DNA from: Dehalococcoidia bacterium | Lineage (GTDB): Bacteria > Chloroflexota > Dehalococcoidia > UBA2979 | Assembly (NCBI GenBank): GCA_965262725.1 | Contig: OZ253555.1 | Span: 128,001 to 192,000 of the forward strand | Direction of reading: 5' to 3' | DNA: 64,000 nt | Shown: piece after piece, positions 37,211 to 47,918 of the stretch | Layout of the letters: the number at the start of each line of letters is the position of its first letter | Position numbering within the stretch: the first letter of the stretch is position 1 | Notes under the pieces: generated by a model | Told to the model about the DNA's origin: nothing | The model's input: only the letters and a program-made list of their open reading frames with translations | Database searches by the model: none | Position numbers and translations under genes: made by a program

Positions 37211-37358
37211 GGGAGTGCCGGTCGAGACCGTTCACGTGGAGTGAACCCGTGCACTGGCCGGGTGCTGATGAAGGCCTGAAGCTGAGCCAGAGCGCGAAGG
37301 CGTCGTCGCCGGCGATGGCGTGGCGGAGACGGCCGACGCCCAGCTAAGCCGCCTTCGA
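37211..37358. ncRNA. Candidate structured non-coding RNA
   Basis: Nested helices GCCGGT/ACTGGC, GTTCAC/GTGAAC, GAAGGC/GCCTTC, AGCTG/CAGCT and GGCGTCG/CGACGCC in the gap between convergent genes. Confidence 0.4.
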
Positions 37359-37368
37359 GACGAGTCTG

Positions 37369-38700
37369 CTACCCGCCGAGGTCGACGCCTGCCGGGGAGC
37401 CCAGGGCCGTCCACGCGTGCTGCGCGATCGCGAGCAGCCGCGCATCGCTCCCGAACGCGCCGACCAGCTGCACCCCGACGGGGAGTCCGGCCGGCCCACG
37501 TCGGACGGGCACCGCGACGCACGGGAGGTGGAGCACCGTCCAGAGCCGGTTGAGGATCGGGTTGCCGGTGCTCGCGAGCCCGGCGGGCGCCTCGCCGGGG
37601 GCGCTCGGCGCGATGATGGCGTCGTAGCGCTCGAAGATCCCGGGCATCGCCCGCCGCGAGCGCATCACGAGGTCGGTCGCGGTGCGGAGCTCGGCCGCGC
37701 CGACGCGCTCCCCGAGCGCGAGCCGATCCTTGATATGATCGGAGAGATCGGACCGGCGGTCGCGCCACTCCTCGGCAAGCCAGAACGTCATCTCGCGGCA
37801 CATGATCGCGTTCTGCGCCTCGCCCAGGTCGTCGAACTCGGGCGGGAGCTCCATCGCCTCGACGCTCGCGCCCACTCCCCGCAGCGCCTCTGCCGCGTCG
37901 TCGAGCGCCTCCGCGACGCCGGCGCCCGTGTGTGACCAGTCGGGCGTGCGGCAGACGGCGAGGCGGAGATCGCGCGCGCCCCGCGCGTCGACCAGAGAGT
38001 CGAGCGCCGGCAGCGCTTCGCCGCGGTAGGCGCCGAGCACCAGCGCGAGATCCTCGATGCTGCGGCCGTACCAGCCGATGGTGTCGAGCGAGTCGGCGAC
38101 GAAGCTCACGCCGTCGCGCGCGACCGTGCCGAAGCTGGGCTTGATGCCCGGAATGCCGTTGTAGGCGGCGGGCCGGATCACCGAGCCGGCCGTCTGCGTC
38201 CCGAGCGCGAGCGACACCTGGTAGTCGGCGACGGCGGCCCCCGATCCCGAGGAGGAGCCGCCGGGCGTGTGCCCCGGATTGTGGGGGTTGCGGGTCGGGC
38301 CGGCGCCGCCGCAGGCGAACTCCGTGGTCACCGTCTTGCCGAGGATGACGGCGCCCGCCGCGCGCAGCACCGCCGTCGCCGTCGCGTCGCGCCCGGGGTG
38401 CCGGCCGCGGTAGATGACGGAGCCGCGCTCGGCCGGGAGCTCCTCGGTATCGATGATGTCCTTGATGCCGACGGTGATGCCGTGGAGCGGGCCGCGGTCG
38501 GTCTCCTGCGCGTCGCGCGCGCGCGCCATCTGAAGCGCGAGCTCCTCGTCGAGGTGCGCCCACGCCCGGACGTCATCGTCTCGCGTGCGGATGCGATCCA
38601 GGCACGCCTGGAGCAGCGTCTCTGAGCGAAGCTCGCCCGCCGCGATCGCCCGCACCGCCTCGGACGCCGTCAGCCGCGCCGGATCCGCCACCTGCGTCAT
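37369..38700 (-). CDS. Amidase signature family protein
   Basis: GIKDII, GKTVTTEFA, TPGGSSSGSGAAVA, GTQTAGSVIRPA. Confidence 0.95.
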   Translation of the reverse strand: MTQVADPARLTASEAVRAIAAGELRSETLLQACLDRIRTRDDDVRAWAHLDEELALQMARARDAQETDRGPLHGITVGIKDIIDTEELPAERGSVIYRGRHPGRDATATAVLRAAGAVILGKTVTTEFACGGAGPTRNPHNPGHTPGGSSSGSGAAVADYQVSLALGTQTAGSVIRPAAYNGIPGIKPSFGTVARDGVSFVADSLDTIGWYGRSIEDLALVLGAYRGEALPALDSLVDARGARDLRLAVCRTPDWSHTGAGVAEALDDAAEALRGVGASVEAMELPPEFDDLGEAQNAIMCREMTFWLAEEWRDRRSDLSDHIKDRLALGERVGAAELRTATDLVMRSRRAMPGIFERYDAIIAPSAPGEAPAGLASTGNPILNRLWTVLHLPCVAVPVRRGPAGLPVGVQLVGAFGSDARLLAIAQHAWTALGSPAGVDLGG

Positions 38701-38804
38701 GCCGCTCCCCCGCTCATCGTCGCGGGCCCGGGCGGCTCTCCAGCCGCGCTCCCCGCCTCAGGGGGGCGCAGCTTACCAGCGGCGTCCGAGGCCCCGCGCC
38801 TCTG

Positions 38805-39335
38805 CTACGCCTCGCTCCGGAGGTAGGCCGTGGCGAGCGCGTCGGCGTACTCGTTCCAGAGCGAGCCGTCGTGCGCGCGGATCCATCGGATGCGCGCGCG
38901 GGGACGATCCGTCGCCAGCCGGTAGGCGCGCGTGACGAGATCGAGGTTCTTGACCGGCCCGTCCTTCCGCCGCCAGCCGCGGCGCTCCCATCCCGCCGCC
39001 CACTTGGTCACGGTGTCGACGATCAGGCGGCTGTCGCTGTAGAGGTCGGCCTCCTCCTCGGGTCCGAGCAGCGAGAGCCCCTCTATAAGCGCGGTGAGCT
39101 CCATGCGGTTGTTGGTGGTGTGGGGCTCTGAGCCGTAGCGCTCGGCTACGATCTCGCCCTCCGCCACGCGGACCGTGCCCCAGCCGCCGGGGCCCGGGTT
39201 CCCCGAGCACGATCCGTCGGTGAAGACGCCGCTTTGCGGTCCGGCCGTGTAGCGCGCCAGCACCTGCGCGCGGGTCAGAGACGCCCCGCGCGACGTGCCT
39301 CCCCGCGGCGTGCCGGGGGCGCTTCGCGGCCGCAT
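38805..39335 (-). CDS. rnhA: Ribonuclease HI
   Basis: FTDGSCSGNPGPGGWG, TTNNRMEL, YSDS, VKNLDL, WIRAH..NEYADALA. Confidence 0.93.
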   Translation of the reverse strand: MRPRSAPGTPRGGTSRGASLTRAQVLARYTAGPQSGVFTDGSCSGNPGPGGWGTVRVAEGEIVAERYGSEPHTTNNRMELTALIEGLSLLGPEEEADLYSDSRLIVDTVTKWAAGWERRGWRRKDGPVKNLDLVTRAYRLATDRPRARIRWIRAHDGSLWNEYADALATAYLRSEA

Positions 39336-40951
39336 TACTCGAGGCTCACGCCGCTGTAGAGCATGACCGGGTCACCGGCGAAGACGTCGCTCTCGAGGTT
39401 GACGACGACCACCACGGGGCGGTCGGCGACGACGAGGCCGCTCCCCACCCATCCGTCGGGAAGACGGGGATCCTCCCACTGCCGGAAGCTCCGCTCGCGC
39501 TCGACGCGCAGCGACGCCGAGATGAGGCCGTCGGGGAACTGCTTGGAGTAGTAGAAGGTTCTCAGCGTCGCGTCGCTGCCGTCGAAGGTCAGGACGCGGA
39601 ACCACGAGTTCCACCCCCGGTTCTCGCCGAACGGCCCGAAGTTCTTGTTGAGCACCGGCAGCAGCACCTGACGGGACGCCTCCTCCACGGTGAAGCCGCG
39701 GTAGTCGGCGAGCGGTCCCCCCTCCGAGAGGCGCTGCGCCACGACCGCGATCGGATCCACCGATTGGATGCGGACGGTCCCGCGGAAGACGGGCGGGAGT
39801 GTCACGCCCGGTGGGAGGCAGCCGCCAGCGCCGGCGAAGCGGAGATCGCAGCTGATCGCCGCGTTCACGCCGAGCTCCTGCTCGATCTCGAAGCGGTCGC
39901 CGTGCTCGTCGACGCCCTCGAAGAGCACGGTGACCCGCGTCGGCACGGTCGGCGTCCCCGAGAGGATGCGGAAGCGTGTCGTCCAGGTGCTCTGCCCCTC
40001 GCTCGCGTTGCGGTCGACGAGCGGCAGGACGACCTGGCGCGAGAGCTCTCCTGAGTCGATGGCGCGGTAGCTGGCGAGGCCGGGCCCGTCGCGTTCGCGG
40101 GTCTCGACCATCATCGCGGTGCCCGGCAGGCCGCCGTCGGGGTCGTCGCCGCTCGGGAGGGCTACGACCACGGCTGAGCCGTCGAAGCCGGACTCGACCG
40201 GGAGGCTGTGCTCGTCCCTCACCAGCGAGCCGCGCGGCGGCACGCGGTGCCCCCCGTTCTGACAGCCCGGGGTCGGCCCGGGCGGGTCGACGATGGCGGG
40301 AACGGTCCTGAGCTGCTCGTAGTAGCGGATCTCGATGCAGGCGTACTCGTCTGAGCTCGTGTTCTCGATCGAGAGGCGGGAGACATAGCGTCCCGTGTTC
40401 TGCACGATCGGCGCGTAGAGCGTGTTGCTCCCGTGGGCGAGCCGGAGCGTGTCGCCGGCGATCTGGAACAGCCCCCCCTTGAAGGCGTCGCGGGCGAGCA
40501 GGGTGACGAACGGCTGATCGGCCGTCACGTAGGCGGAGCCGCGGTAGCCGAGCGGGAGATCCTCGAAGCCCTGCTGGAAGAAGGAGCGCCCGGATCCGGG
40601 CCGGAGCGTCCCGCAGACGTCGTCCGTCGGGCAGCGGTCGACCGCTATCTCGTTTCCGTCCTCGTCGTGGAACTGGATCTCGATCGTCGCGGGTTGCGTG
40701 CCGACGTTCTGGATGCGCAGCCAGGAGTTCTCCGTGCCGAGATCGAGAGGCTGCGCGGAGAGCGGTCCCTGGTCGGTGACCGTCGCGGCCACCATCGCGA
40801 GCGCCGCGAGCAACACGCCTCCGAGGGCGCGCCGCCCGGGGCGCCACAGCCGATCGCGCAGGCGCAGGTGAAGCGGTCGGGGCGCTGGCGCGGGCGACGC
40901 TCGCCGTCGGCCGCCGCCTGAGCCGGCGTCGTGCGGCAGAGGTTCGTGCAC
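39335..40951 (-). CDS. Secreted/surface protein with repeated beta-rich domains
   Basis: N-terminal hydrophobic segment; repeated G(S/T)..V.(A/S)D.P..VV motifs; paired cysteines. Confidence 0.7.
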   Translation of the reverse strand: MHEPLPHDAGSGGGRRRASPAPAPRPLHLRLRDRLWRPGRRALGGVLLAALAMVAATVTDQGPLSAQPLDLGTENSWLRIQNVGTQPATIEIQFHDEDGNEIAVDRCPTDDVCGTLRPGSGRSFFQQGFEDLPLGYRGSAYVTADQPFVTLLARDAFKGGLFQIAGDTLRLAHGSNTLYAPIVQNTGRYVSRLSIENTSSDEYACIEIRYYEQLRTVPAIVDPPGPTPGCQNGGHRVPPRGSLVRDEHSLPVESGFDGSAVVVALPSGDDPDGGLPGTAMMVETRERDGPGLASYRAIDSGELSRQVVLPLVDRNASEGQSTWTTRFRILSGTPTVPTRVTVLFEGVDEHGDRFEIEQELGVNAAISCDLRFAGAGGCLPPGVTLPPVFRGTVRIQSVDPIAVVAQRLSEGGPLADYRGFTVEEASRQVLLPVLNKNFGPFGENRGWNSWFRVLTFDGSDATLRTFYYSKQFPDGLISASLRVERERSFRQWEDPRLPDGWVGSGLVVADRPVVVVVNLESDVFAGDPVMLYSGVSLE

Positions 40952-41157
40952 GTTGGCCGTGCCCCTCGCTATCCCCCGCCGGGGATCCTACGGCATCCGC
41001 CCACGGGCCCGAGCCGTGCCCGCGGGCATCCCGAGTCGGCGCGCGGAGCGTGGACACTCCCTCGCGGCCGATGCTACGCTCGCTCGCCCGTGAGCGCTGC
41101 GCTCAGGGGGCGGTTCCAGCGCCGCCCACGGCCTGGCCGGCGGGCGCGGCACACCGC

Positions 41158-41234
41158 CGGGGTGTAGCTCAGCTTGGCAGAGCGCGTCGTTCGGGACGAC
41201 GAGGCCCGCAGTTCAAATCTGCGCACCCCGACCA
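41158..41234 (+). tRNA. tRNA-Pro(CGG)
   Basis: CGGGGTG acceptor stem, anticodon arm CGTCG-TTCGGGA-CGACG, GTTCAAAT, CCA end. Confidence 0.96.
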
Positions 41235-41359
41235 CCCTCTCCCCGCGTCCGCGGATCGCCCCAAGCGGCTCCGCCGCGCCGCCTCCGCGTGCGACGTAGC
41301 ATGTCGGGCGCCGCGCGGGCCCCGGTCACGACGACCGGCGCCGGCGGGAGGGGGCCACC

Positions 41360-41845
41360 CTGAAGCCGGGGAGCGCGGAGGACTTTCTCTACTTCGCCTA
41401 CGGGTCGAACCTCGATGCCGCGCGGCTCCACCGGAGTTGCCCGAGCGCCCGGCCGGTCGGTCGCGCGCGGCTCCCGGATCATCGGCTGCGCTTCCCGCTC
41501 TTCAGCCGGCGCTGGGGAGGCGGCGTCGCCGACGTGGCGCCGGAGCCGGGCGGTGAGGTCTGGGGCGCGCTCTGGCTCATCGCCTCCCGCGAGGCGGACG
41601 CCCTCGACGCGCAGGAGGGCGTGGACGCGCGCCCCCCGCGCTACCGGCGCGTGGAGATCGAGGTGGAGCGCCCCTCCGGCGAGCGCGCCTGGTGCCTCGC
41701 CTACCGCGTCGCCTCACCCGGGGCGGGCGCGGAGCTCCCCCCCTCTCGGGACTACCGCGACACGATGCTGCGCGGGGCCCGCGCCGCCGCTCTCCCCGAC
41801 GCCTACGTCGCGCGGATCGCCGCGCTCCCGCCTGCTCCGGGGTAG
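41360..41845 (+). CDS. Gamma-glutamylcyclotransferase family protein (probable CTG start)
   Basis: In frame upstream of the tracked ORF: LYFAYGSNL..WGGGVADV..VWGALW..LDAQEG..YR. Confidence 0.88.
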   Translation: MKPGSAEDFLYFAYGSNLDAARLHRSCPSARPVGRARLPDHRLRFPLFSRRWGGGVADVAPEPGGEVWGALWLIASREADALDAQEGVDARPPRYRRVEIEVERPSGERAWCLAYRVASPGAGAELPPSRDYRDTMLRGARAAALPDAYVARIAALPPAPG

Positions 41846-41996
41846 CGTTCTTGAAGACGCCGCTACGGATCGCCGCTGGTAGAATCGATGAAGGCGGCGC
41901 CCTCACCCTCCCCGCGCGCCCCGGCCGCCTGATGCACGACGGTGCCGACGACCCGCCCCTCGCGAGCGGGCCGCGGGCGCCGTGAAGGGACCGAGG

Positions 41997-44510
41997 GTGG
42001 TCCAGCACTCGACCGAGCGCATCCGACCCGCCCGCATCGAGGACGAGATGCGGGATTCGTACCTCGACTACGCGATGTCGGTCATCGTCTCGCGCGCGCT
42101 CCCGGACGCCCGCGACGGGCTGAAGCCGGTGCAGCGACGCATCCTCTTCGGGATGCAGGAGCTCGGCGTCGGGCCGAACTCGGCATTCAAGAAGACCGCC
42201 CGCACCGTCGGCGAGGTGATGGGGAAGTTCCACCCCCACGGCGACAGTGCCATCTACGAGGCGCTGGTGCGGATGGCGCAGGATTTCTCGCTCCGCTATC
42301 CGCTCATCACCGGGCAGGGCAACTTCGGCTCGGTCGACGGCGATCCGCCGGCGCAGATGCGCTACACCGAGGCGCGCCTCGCGCCCATAGCCTCGGAGCT
42401 GCTCGCCGATCTCGACCGCAACACGGTCGACTTCCAGGCGAATTTCGACGACTCCATCAGCGAGCCCGTGGTGCTGCCCGCCCGCATCCCGAACCTGCTC
42501 CTGAACGGCGCCAGCGGCATCGCGGTCGGGATGGCGACCAACATCCCGCCTCACAACCTGCGCGAGATCTGCGCCGCCGTGGAGCTTGTGATCGAGCGGC
42601 CGGAGTGCAGCGTCGACGACCTCATGGAGGTCGTGCAGGGGCCGGACTTCCCGACCGCCGCCAGCATCTTCAACCGCGCCGAGATCCGGCAGGCCTTCGC
42701 CACCGGTCGCGGGCGCATCACGATGCAGGCGCGCGTCGATCTCGAGGAGTCGCGCGCCGGCCGCCACCAGATCGTCGTGACCGAGCTCCCGTACCAGGTC
42801 AACAAGGCCTCGCTCATCGAGCGCATCGCGGACCTCGTGCGCGGCAAGCGCATCGAAGGCATCTCCGACATCCGCGACGAGTCCGACCGGCACGGGCTGC
42901 GCATCGTCATCGAGCTGGCGCGGGGCGCGAGCTACCACGCCGTGCGCGCCCAGCTCTTCCGGCACACGGCGCTGCGCTCGACCTTCGCGGTGAACACGCT
43001 CGCGCTGGTCGACGGGCAGCCGCGCACGATCACCCTGAAGGAGGCTCTCGAGTCCTACATCGGGCACCGGCGGGTCGTGATCCGCCGACGCGCCGAGTTC
43101 GATCTCGAGAAGGCGCAGGAGCGCGCGCACATCCTCGAGGGGCTCCTGATCGCGCTCAGCGACCTCGACCGCGTCATCGCCATCATTCGCGGCTCCGACT
43201 CCGTCGAGGCGGCGCGCCAGGCGCTGCAGCAGGAGCCCTTCGGCCTCCGCGATTCGCAGGGGGAGCTCGCCCTCGGGGCGGATCCCGACGGCGGCCCCCT
43301 CTTCCTCAGCGAGCGGCAGGCCCAGGCCGTACTCGACATGCAGCTGCGCCGTCTGGCGCAGCTCGAGAGCCAGCGCATCCGGGACGAACACGATCAGCTC
43401 GTGACGGTGATCCGAGATCTGGAGGCGCTGCTCGCCGCCCCCACGCTGATCGACGAGTACATCGTGCGCGATGCGCGCGAGCTCGCCGAGGAGTACGGCG
43501 ACGAGCGGCGCACGCAGGTCTTCCCGCAGGCGGTCGAGGACATCGCCGACGAGGACCTGATCGCGCACCAGCAGATCGTCGTCACCATCTCCGATCGCGG
43601 CTACATGAAACGCGTCCCCCTGGACACGTACCGCTCGCAGGGCCGGGGCGGCCGCGGCGTCACCGGAATGACCACCCGTGAGTCCGACGCGGTCCGCCAT
43701 CTCTGGGTCTGCGACACGCACGACTCGCTGCTGCTCTTCACCGCCTCGGGGCGCGTGTACTCGCTGAAGGGCTACGAGGTGCCGGAGGGATCGCGCACGG
43801 CCCGCGGTGTCCCGGTCGTGAACCTCGTCGAGATCGAGCCCGCAGACCGCGTGACGGTCGCGGTGGTGGTGACGGACTTCTCGCGTGACTCGCTCGTTCT
43901 GGCCACGCGCGACGGCGAGGTGAAGCGCACGCCCCTCGACCAGTTCGAGTCGGTGCGCCGCGCGGGGCTGATCGCGATGAGGCTCGAGCGCGGGGATGAG
44001 CTCATCGGCGCCCGCGCCGCCTCCGACCGCGACGACGTGCTGCTGGTCGGCTCGCACGGGCAGGCGATCCGCTTCACGGTGGGGACGCTGCGCGTCGCCT
44101 CGCGCGCGTCGGGCGGCGTCCGCGGGATGAGGCTGCCTCAGGGCGCCTCCGTCATCGCGCTGGTCGTGGCCGCGGACGGCGACTATCTGCTTGTGGTCTC
44201 GGAGCGCGGCGGCGGGAAGCGCACGCCGATGGCGGAGTACCCGACCAAGGGGCGGGGCGGCTCCGGCGTCCTCACCTTCCGCGTGAGCGCCCGCTCCGGC
44301 CCGCTCCGGGTCGCGCGCGTCGTGAGGGACGAGCAGGAGCTGATGCTCGTCTCCCGCGACGGGATCGTGCTGCGCACGCGCGCCGACCTCGTGAGCCTGC
44401 AGGGACGCCTGACGCAGGGCGTCTCGGTGATGGCGGTCGGGGAGGGAGACGCCGTCGCCTCGCTCGCCGTCGTCGACTTCACCCGCCGCACGGGCGGGGA
44501 CGGGGCGTAG
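41997..44510 (+). CDS. gyrA: DNA gyrase subunit A
   Basis: [44 protein letters not shown], GyrA box QGRGGRG. Confidence 0.96.
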   Translation: MVQHSTERIRPARIEDEMRDSYLDYAMSVIVSRALPDARDGLKPVQRRILFGMQELGVGPNSAFKKTARTVGEVMGKFHPHGDSAIYEALVRMAQDFSLRYPLITGQGNFGSVDGDPPAQMRYTEARLAPIASELLADLDRNTVDFQANFDDSISEPVVLPARIPNLLLNGASGIAVGMATNIPPHNLREICAAVELVIERPECSVDDLMEVVQGPDFPTAASIFNRAEIRQAFATGRGRITMQARVDLEESRAGRHQIVVTELPYQVNKASLIERIADLVRGKRIEGISDIRDESDRHGLRIVIELARGASYHAVRAQLFRHTALRSTFAVNTLALVDGQPRTITLKEALESYIGHRRVVIRRRAEFDLEKAQERAHILEGLLIALSDLDRVIAIIRGSDSVEAARQALQQEPFGLRDSQGELALGADPDGGPLFLSERQAQAVLDMQLRRLAQLESQRIRDEHDQLVTVIRDLEALLAAPTLIDEYIVRDARELAEEYGDERRTQVFPQAVEDIADEDLIAHQQIVVTISDRGYMKRVPLDTYRSQGRGGRGVTGMTTRESDAVRHLWVCDTHDSLLLFTASGRVYSLKGYEVPEGSRTARGVPVVNLVEIEPADRVTVAVVVTDFSRDSLVLATRDGEVKRTPLDQFESVRRAGLIAMRLERGDELIGARAASDRDDVLLVGSHGQAIRFTVGTLRVASRASGGVRGMRLPQGASVIALVVAADGDYLLVVSERGGGKRTPMAEYPTKGRGGSGVLTFRVSARSGPLRVARVVRDEQELMLVSRDGIVLRTRADLVSLQGRLTQGVSVMAVGEGDAVASLAVVDFTRRTGGDGA

Positions 44511-44586
44511 TGCGCCGCCCCGCCCGCTACCGACGGACGCGGGCCGCCGCGGCCCCCGGATTACGGCTCTGAGGACGCCTCCCGGG

Positions 44587-45615
44587 ATGCCGGCCGGCGA
44601 GTTCGACCTGATCGAGCGGTTTCTGGCGCGGCTCGGGGCGAACGCGGCGACGATGATCGCGGTGCCGCCCGGCGACGACGCGGCCGCGTGGGCGATGCCG
44701 CCGGGGGCCCTCGCCGTCGCCTCCGTCGACACGCTGACGGAGGGGACGCACTGGCGCCCCGACACGATGGGCTACGCAGACGTCGGCTGGCGGGCGGTGG
44801 CGACGGCGCTCTCCGACCTGGCCGCGATGGGCGCCGAGGCCGACGTGCTGTTGGTGGCCTGCGTGCTGGGCCCGACCCTCACCCTGGACGAGGTCGACGA
44901 GGTTGCCTCCGGCCTCGCCGAGGCCTGCGCCGAGCACGGCGTGCGAGTCGCCGGCGGCGACACGGCGCGCGGTGCCGCCACCTCGCTGTCCGTCACCGCG
45001 TTCGGCCACGCGCTCCCCCGGGCCGCGGGCGAGCCGCCACCGCTCCTCCGCCGCGCCGGCGCCCGCGCCGGCGACGCGATCGCGGTCTCGGGCCGCCCGG
45101 GTGCCGCCTCGGCCGGGCTCGCGCTGATCGACGCCGGGCGCGCCTCCGAGCCGGCCGCCGCGCCGCTGGTCTCCGCGCACCGGCGGCCGCGGGCGAGGCT
45201 CTCGCTGGGGCGCCGCGCGCTCGCGGCCGGGGTGCGCGCCGCCGTCGACATCTCCGACGGCCTGCTTCAGGACCTGGGCCACCTCGCCCGCGCCTCCGGT
45301 GTCGCCGCCTCCCTCGATCTCGCCTCGCTCCCGCTTCATCCGGCGGCGGCGCGGCTTCTCGGCGAAAGGCGCGCGCGCGACCTCGCCCTGGGCGGCGGCG
45401 ACGACTACGAGCTCCTGCTGGCGGGCCCCGCGTCGGTGCTCGGAGACCTCTCCGGCCCCGATCTTGCGGTCACCGTGATCGGCCGCGCCTGTCGGCCGTC
45501 GGCCGGCTTGCCGGCCGGGACGGTGCGTGTGCTCGACGAGCACGGGGATGCGTACGACCCGCCGGCGGGAGGCTGGGACCACCTGCTCTCGGCGGCGGAG
45601 GCGTGGCGGAGATGA
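44587..45615 (+). CDS. thiL: Thiamine-monophosphate kinase
   Basis: GEFDLI, GDDAA, LSDLAAMG, GGDT, DISDGL, GGDDYELL. Confidence 0.95.
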   Translation: MPAGEFDLIERFLARLGANAATMIAVPPGDDAAAWAMPPGALAVASVDTLTEGTHWRPDTMGYADVGWRAVATALSDLAAMGAEADVLLVACVLGPTLTLDEVDEVASGLAEACAEHGVRVAGGDTARGAATSLSVTAFGHALPRAAGEPPPLLRRAGARAGDAIAVSGRPGAASAGLALIDAGRASEPAAAPLVSAHRRPRARLSLGRRALAAGVRAAVDISDGLLQDLGHLARASGVAASLDLASLPLHPAAARLLGERRARDLALGGGDDYELLLAGPASVLGDLSGPDLAVTVIGRACRPSAGLPAGTVRVLDEHGDAYDPPAGGWDHLLSAAEAWRR

Positions 45616-46118
45616 GGACCTCCGACCGGGTGCTCGTGGCGACGCACGGCGCAGCGCAAACCCGCCGGCTCGGACGGCGCGTGGCGGCGCTCCTGCACGC
45701 CGGCGATGTTCTGTTGCTGCAGGGCGACCTCGGCGCCGGCAAGACGGCGCTCGCGCAGGGGATCGGCACGGGGCTCGGCGTCGCGACGCCCGTGACGAGT
45801 CCGACCTTCGTGCTGCTCGCCCGCCACGACCCGGCGCCAGGCGGCAAGGGCCTGTCGCTCTTCCATGCCGATCTCTACCGCCTCGCGGGAAGCGACGAGG
45901 TCGAGGAGCTGGCGCTGGCCGAGCAGGCCTCGGCCGGCGTTCTTCTCGTCGAGTGGCCGGAGCGAGGCATCGAGGCGCTTCCCGCGGAGCATCTGCTCGT
46001 GCGCATCGAGCCGGCGGCCGCCGCCGACGAGCGCCGCCTCACCTTCGTCGCGATGGACAAGCGTTACCGGCGCGTCCTGGACGGCCTCGCCTCTCGCCGG
46101 GGGGCGCTCCGTGTCTAG
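45612..46118 (+). CDS. tsaE: tRNA t6A biosynthesis ATPase TsaE
   Basis: LQGDLGAGKT, VTSPTF, HADLYRL, VEWPE. Confidence 0.95.
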   Translation: MRTSDRVLVATHGAAQTRRLGRRVAALLHAGDVLLLQGDLGAGKTALAQGIGTGLGVATPVTSPTFVLLARHDPAPGGKGLSLFHADLYRLAGSDEVEELALAEQASAGVLLVEWPERGIEALPAEHLLVRIEPAAAADERRLTFVAMDKRYRRVLDGLASRRGALRV

Positions 46119-46875
46119 GGAGCCCGAGCCGGGCGCGGGCGTCGCGCTCGGCATCGACACGGCCTCGACCGACGCGTCGCTGGCGCTCCGGCGCGGGGAG
46201 AGCGTGCTCGCCCTCAGCTGCTGGCGCGTCGAGTCGACCCTCTCGCGCGAGCTGCTCGCCGAGCTCGCGGAGATGCTCGCCGAAGCTGGCGTGACCCGCG
46301 GGGAGATCACGCGCATCGCGGTCTGCGCCGGTCCCGGCGCCTACACGGCGCTGCGCATCGGCGTCGCGACGGCGCAGGGGCTGGCCCTGGCGCTCGGCGT
46401 CCCGCTCGCCGGCGTCTCGCGCCTGGAGGCGGATGCGCTGCCGTACCTCGACGCCTCGCGCCCGGTGGTCGCCGTCCACGACGCCGGCCGCGGCCGGTTG
46501 GCGTGGGCTGCGTACCAGGAAGCCGAGGGGCACGGCGCGCCGCCGCGCGAGCTGGTGGCGCCGCGGGCCGACGACGCAGAGGGCCTGGCGAGTGGCGCGC
46601 CGGCGGGGGCTCTCTGGTGCGGCGAGCTCGCGGAGGAGCTGCTGGGGGAACTCGCCCGGGCGGGCTGCCCGCTGGGTCCGGGGGATCGGGCGCCCGCGCG
46701 GGAGGCGGGGCGTCGCAGCGCCGTCGGCGTGCTCCGCCTGGCGTGGCTGCACGAAGCCTTCGGCGATCCGGCGGGCGTCGACGCGGTCTACCTCCGCCCG
46801 CCCCCGATCACGCGGCCGCGCGCCCCCGTGCCGCCGCCCGGCGCTGGCCCCACCTCCGCGGCTGTGAAAGAGTAG
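46111..46875 (+). CDS. tsaB: tRNA t6A biosynthesis protein TsaB
   Basis: LGIDTA, GPGAYTALRIG, HDAGR, AVYLR. Confidence 0.92.
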   Translation: MSREPEPGAGVALGIDTASTDASLALRRGESVLALSCWRVESTLSRELLAELAEMLAEAGVTRGEITRIAVCAGPGAYTALRIGVATAQGLALALGVPLAGVSRLEADALPYLDASRPVVAVHDAGRGRLAWAAYQEAEGHGAPPRELVAPRADDAEGLASGAPAGALWCGELAEELLGELARAGCPLGPGDRAPAREAGRRSAVGVLRLAWLHEAFGDPAGVDAVYLRPPPITRPRAPVPPPGAGPTSAAVKE

Positions 46876-46935
46876 CGCCGCGACGACCGGAGGGCGGCTG
46901 AGGGCCGCTCGCAGCGGGTAAGGAGCGGGGGAGCC

Positions 46936-47385
46936 GTGGAGCGCACGCTGATCCTGGTGAAGCCGGATGCGCTGCAGCGCGGGCTGGCGGGGGAGGTGCT
47001 CTCCCGCTTCGAGCGCCGCGGACTGCGGCTGGTCGGCCTCCGCCTCGTGCACATCGACGAGTCCCTGGCCCGCCGCCATTACGCCGAGCACGAGGGGAAG
47101 CCCTTCATGGAGGGGCTCGTCTCGTTCATCACCAGCGCGCCGGTCGTCGCCGCCGTGTTCGAGGGCCCGAACGCCGTTGCGGCGGCGCGCCAGACGATGG
47201 GCGCGACCAACCCGCTGGAGGCCGCGACCGGCTCGATCCGCGGCGATCTGGCGCTCGACCTCGGCCGCAACCTGGTGCACGCATCCGACAGCCCGCAGAG
47301 CGCCGCGCGCGAGATCGCGCTCTTCTTTGCGGACGAGCCGATGATCGAGTGGAGCAGCGATCGCGATCGCTGGGTCGCGGAGTAG
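46936..47385 (+). CDS. ndk: Nucleoside diphosphate kinase
   Basis: [29 protein letters not shown]. Confidence 0.97.
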   Translation: MERTLILVKPDALQRGLAGEVLSRFERRGLRLVGLRLVHIDESLARRHYAEHEGKPFMEGLVSFITSAPVVAAVFEGPNAVAAARQTMGATNPLEAATGSIRGDLALDLGRNLVHASDSPQSAAREIALFFADEPMIEWSSDRDRWVAE

Positions 47386-47403
47386 CCGGGCACGCGGCCG
47401 CCG

Positions 47404-47811
47404 CTACTGGATGCGCACGACCTCCTGGGCGCGGCTCCAGAGCCCCTCGAGGTCGTAGTACGCGCGGCGCTCCTCGGTGAAGAGGTGCACCACCACCCCC
47501 CGGCAGTCGAGCAGCACCCAGCCGCCCGCCGGGTCGCCCTCCTGCTCCGCTCGCCCGAGGCCCGGCACCGCCCCCATCACGGAATTGACCAGCGTGCGGA
47601 GCTGCCGGTCGCTGGTCCCCGTCGCGATCACGAAGTAGTCGGCGAAGGCGCGGAGTCGGGTGAGATCGAGCAGCACGATGTCCGCGGCCTGGCGGTCGGC
47701 GAGCGCGTCGATGAGACGGTGCGCCAGAGCGAGCACCTCGGGGTCCCGGGGCGGGGCGTCCTGCTCATCCGCACCCTGCTCGCCTGCCGTCTCCGCGCTC
47801 GGCTGCTCCAT
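47404..47811 (-). CDS. rsfS: Ribosome silencing factor RsfS
   Basis: ADYFVIATGTSDRQ, WVLLD, VVHLF, RAYYDLEGLW. Confidence 0.95.
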   Translation of the reverse strand: MEQPSAETAGEQGADEQDAPPRDPEVLALAHRLIDALADRQAADIVLLDLTRLRAFADYFVIATGTSDRQLRTLVNSVMGAVPGLGRAEQEGDPAGGWVLLDCRGVVVHLFTEERRAYYDLEGLWSRAQEVVRIQ

Positions 47812-47918
47812 GCCTGTCCTTCCCCCGGGGCGCCCGCCCCGGCCGCTCGCCTGGATCGTAGCAGAGCGATTCCGCACTAGAATGAGAGCTCGGGTCGGGG
47901 TCCGACGGAGGGGGAGCG

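Noticed and set aside
37265-37285. CTGATGA...GAA as a hammerhead ribozyme core
   Set aside because: No adequate stem II, and no GAAA or stem III/cleavage-triplet geometry could be built.
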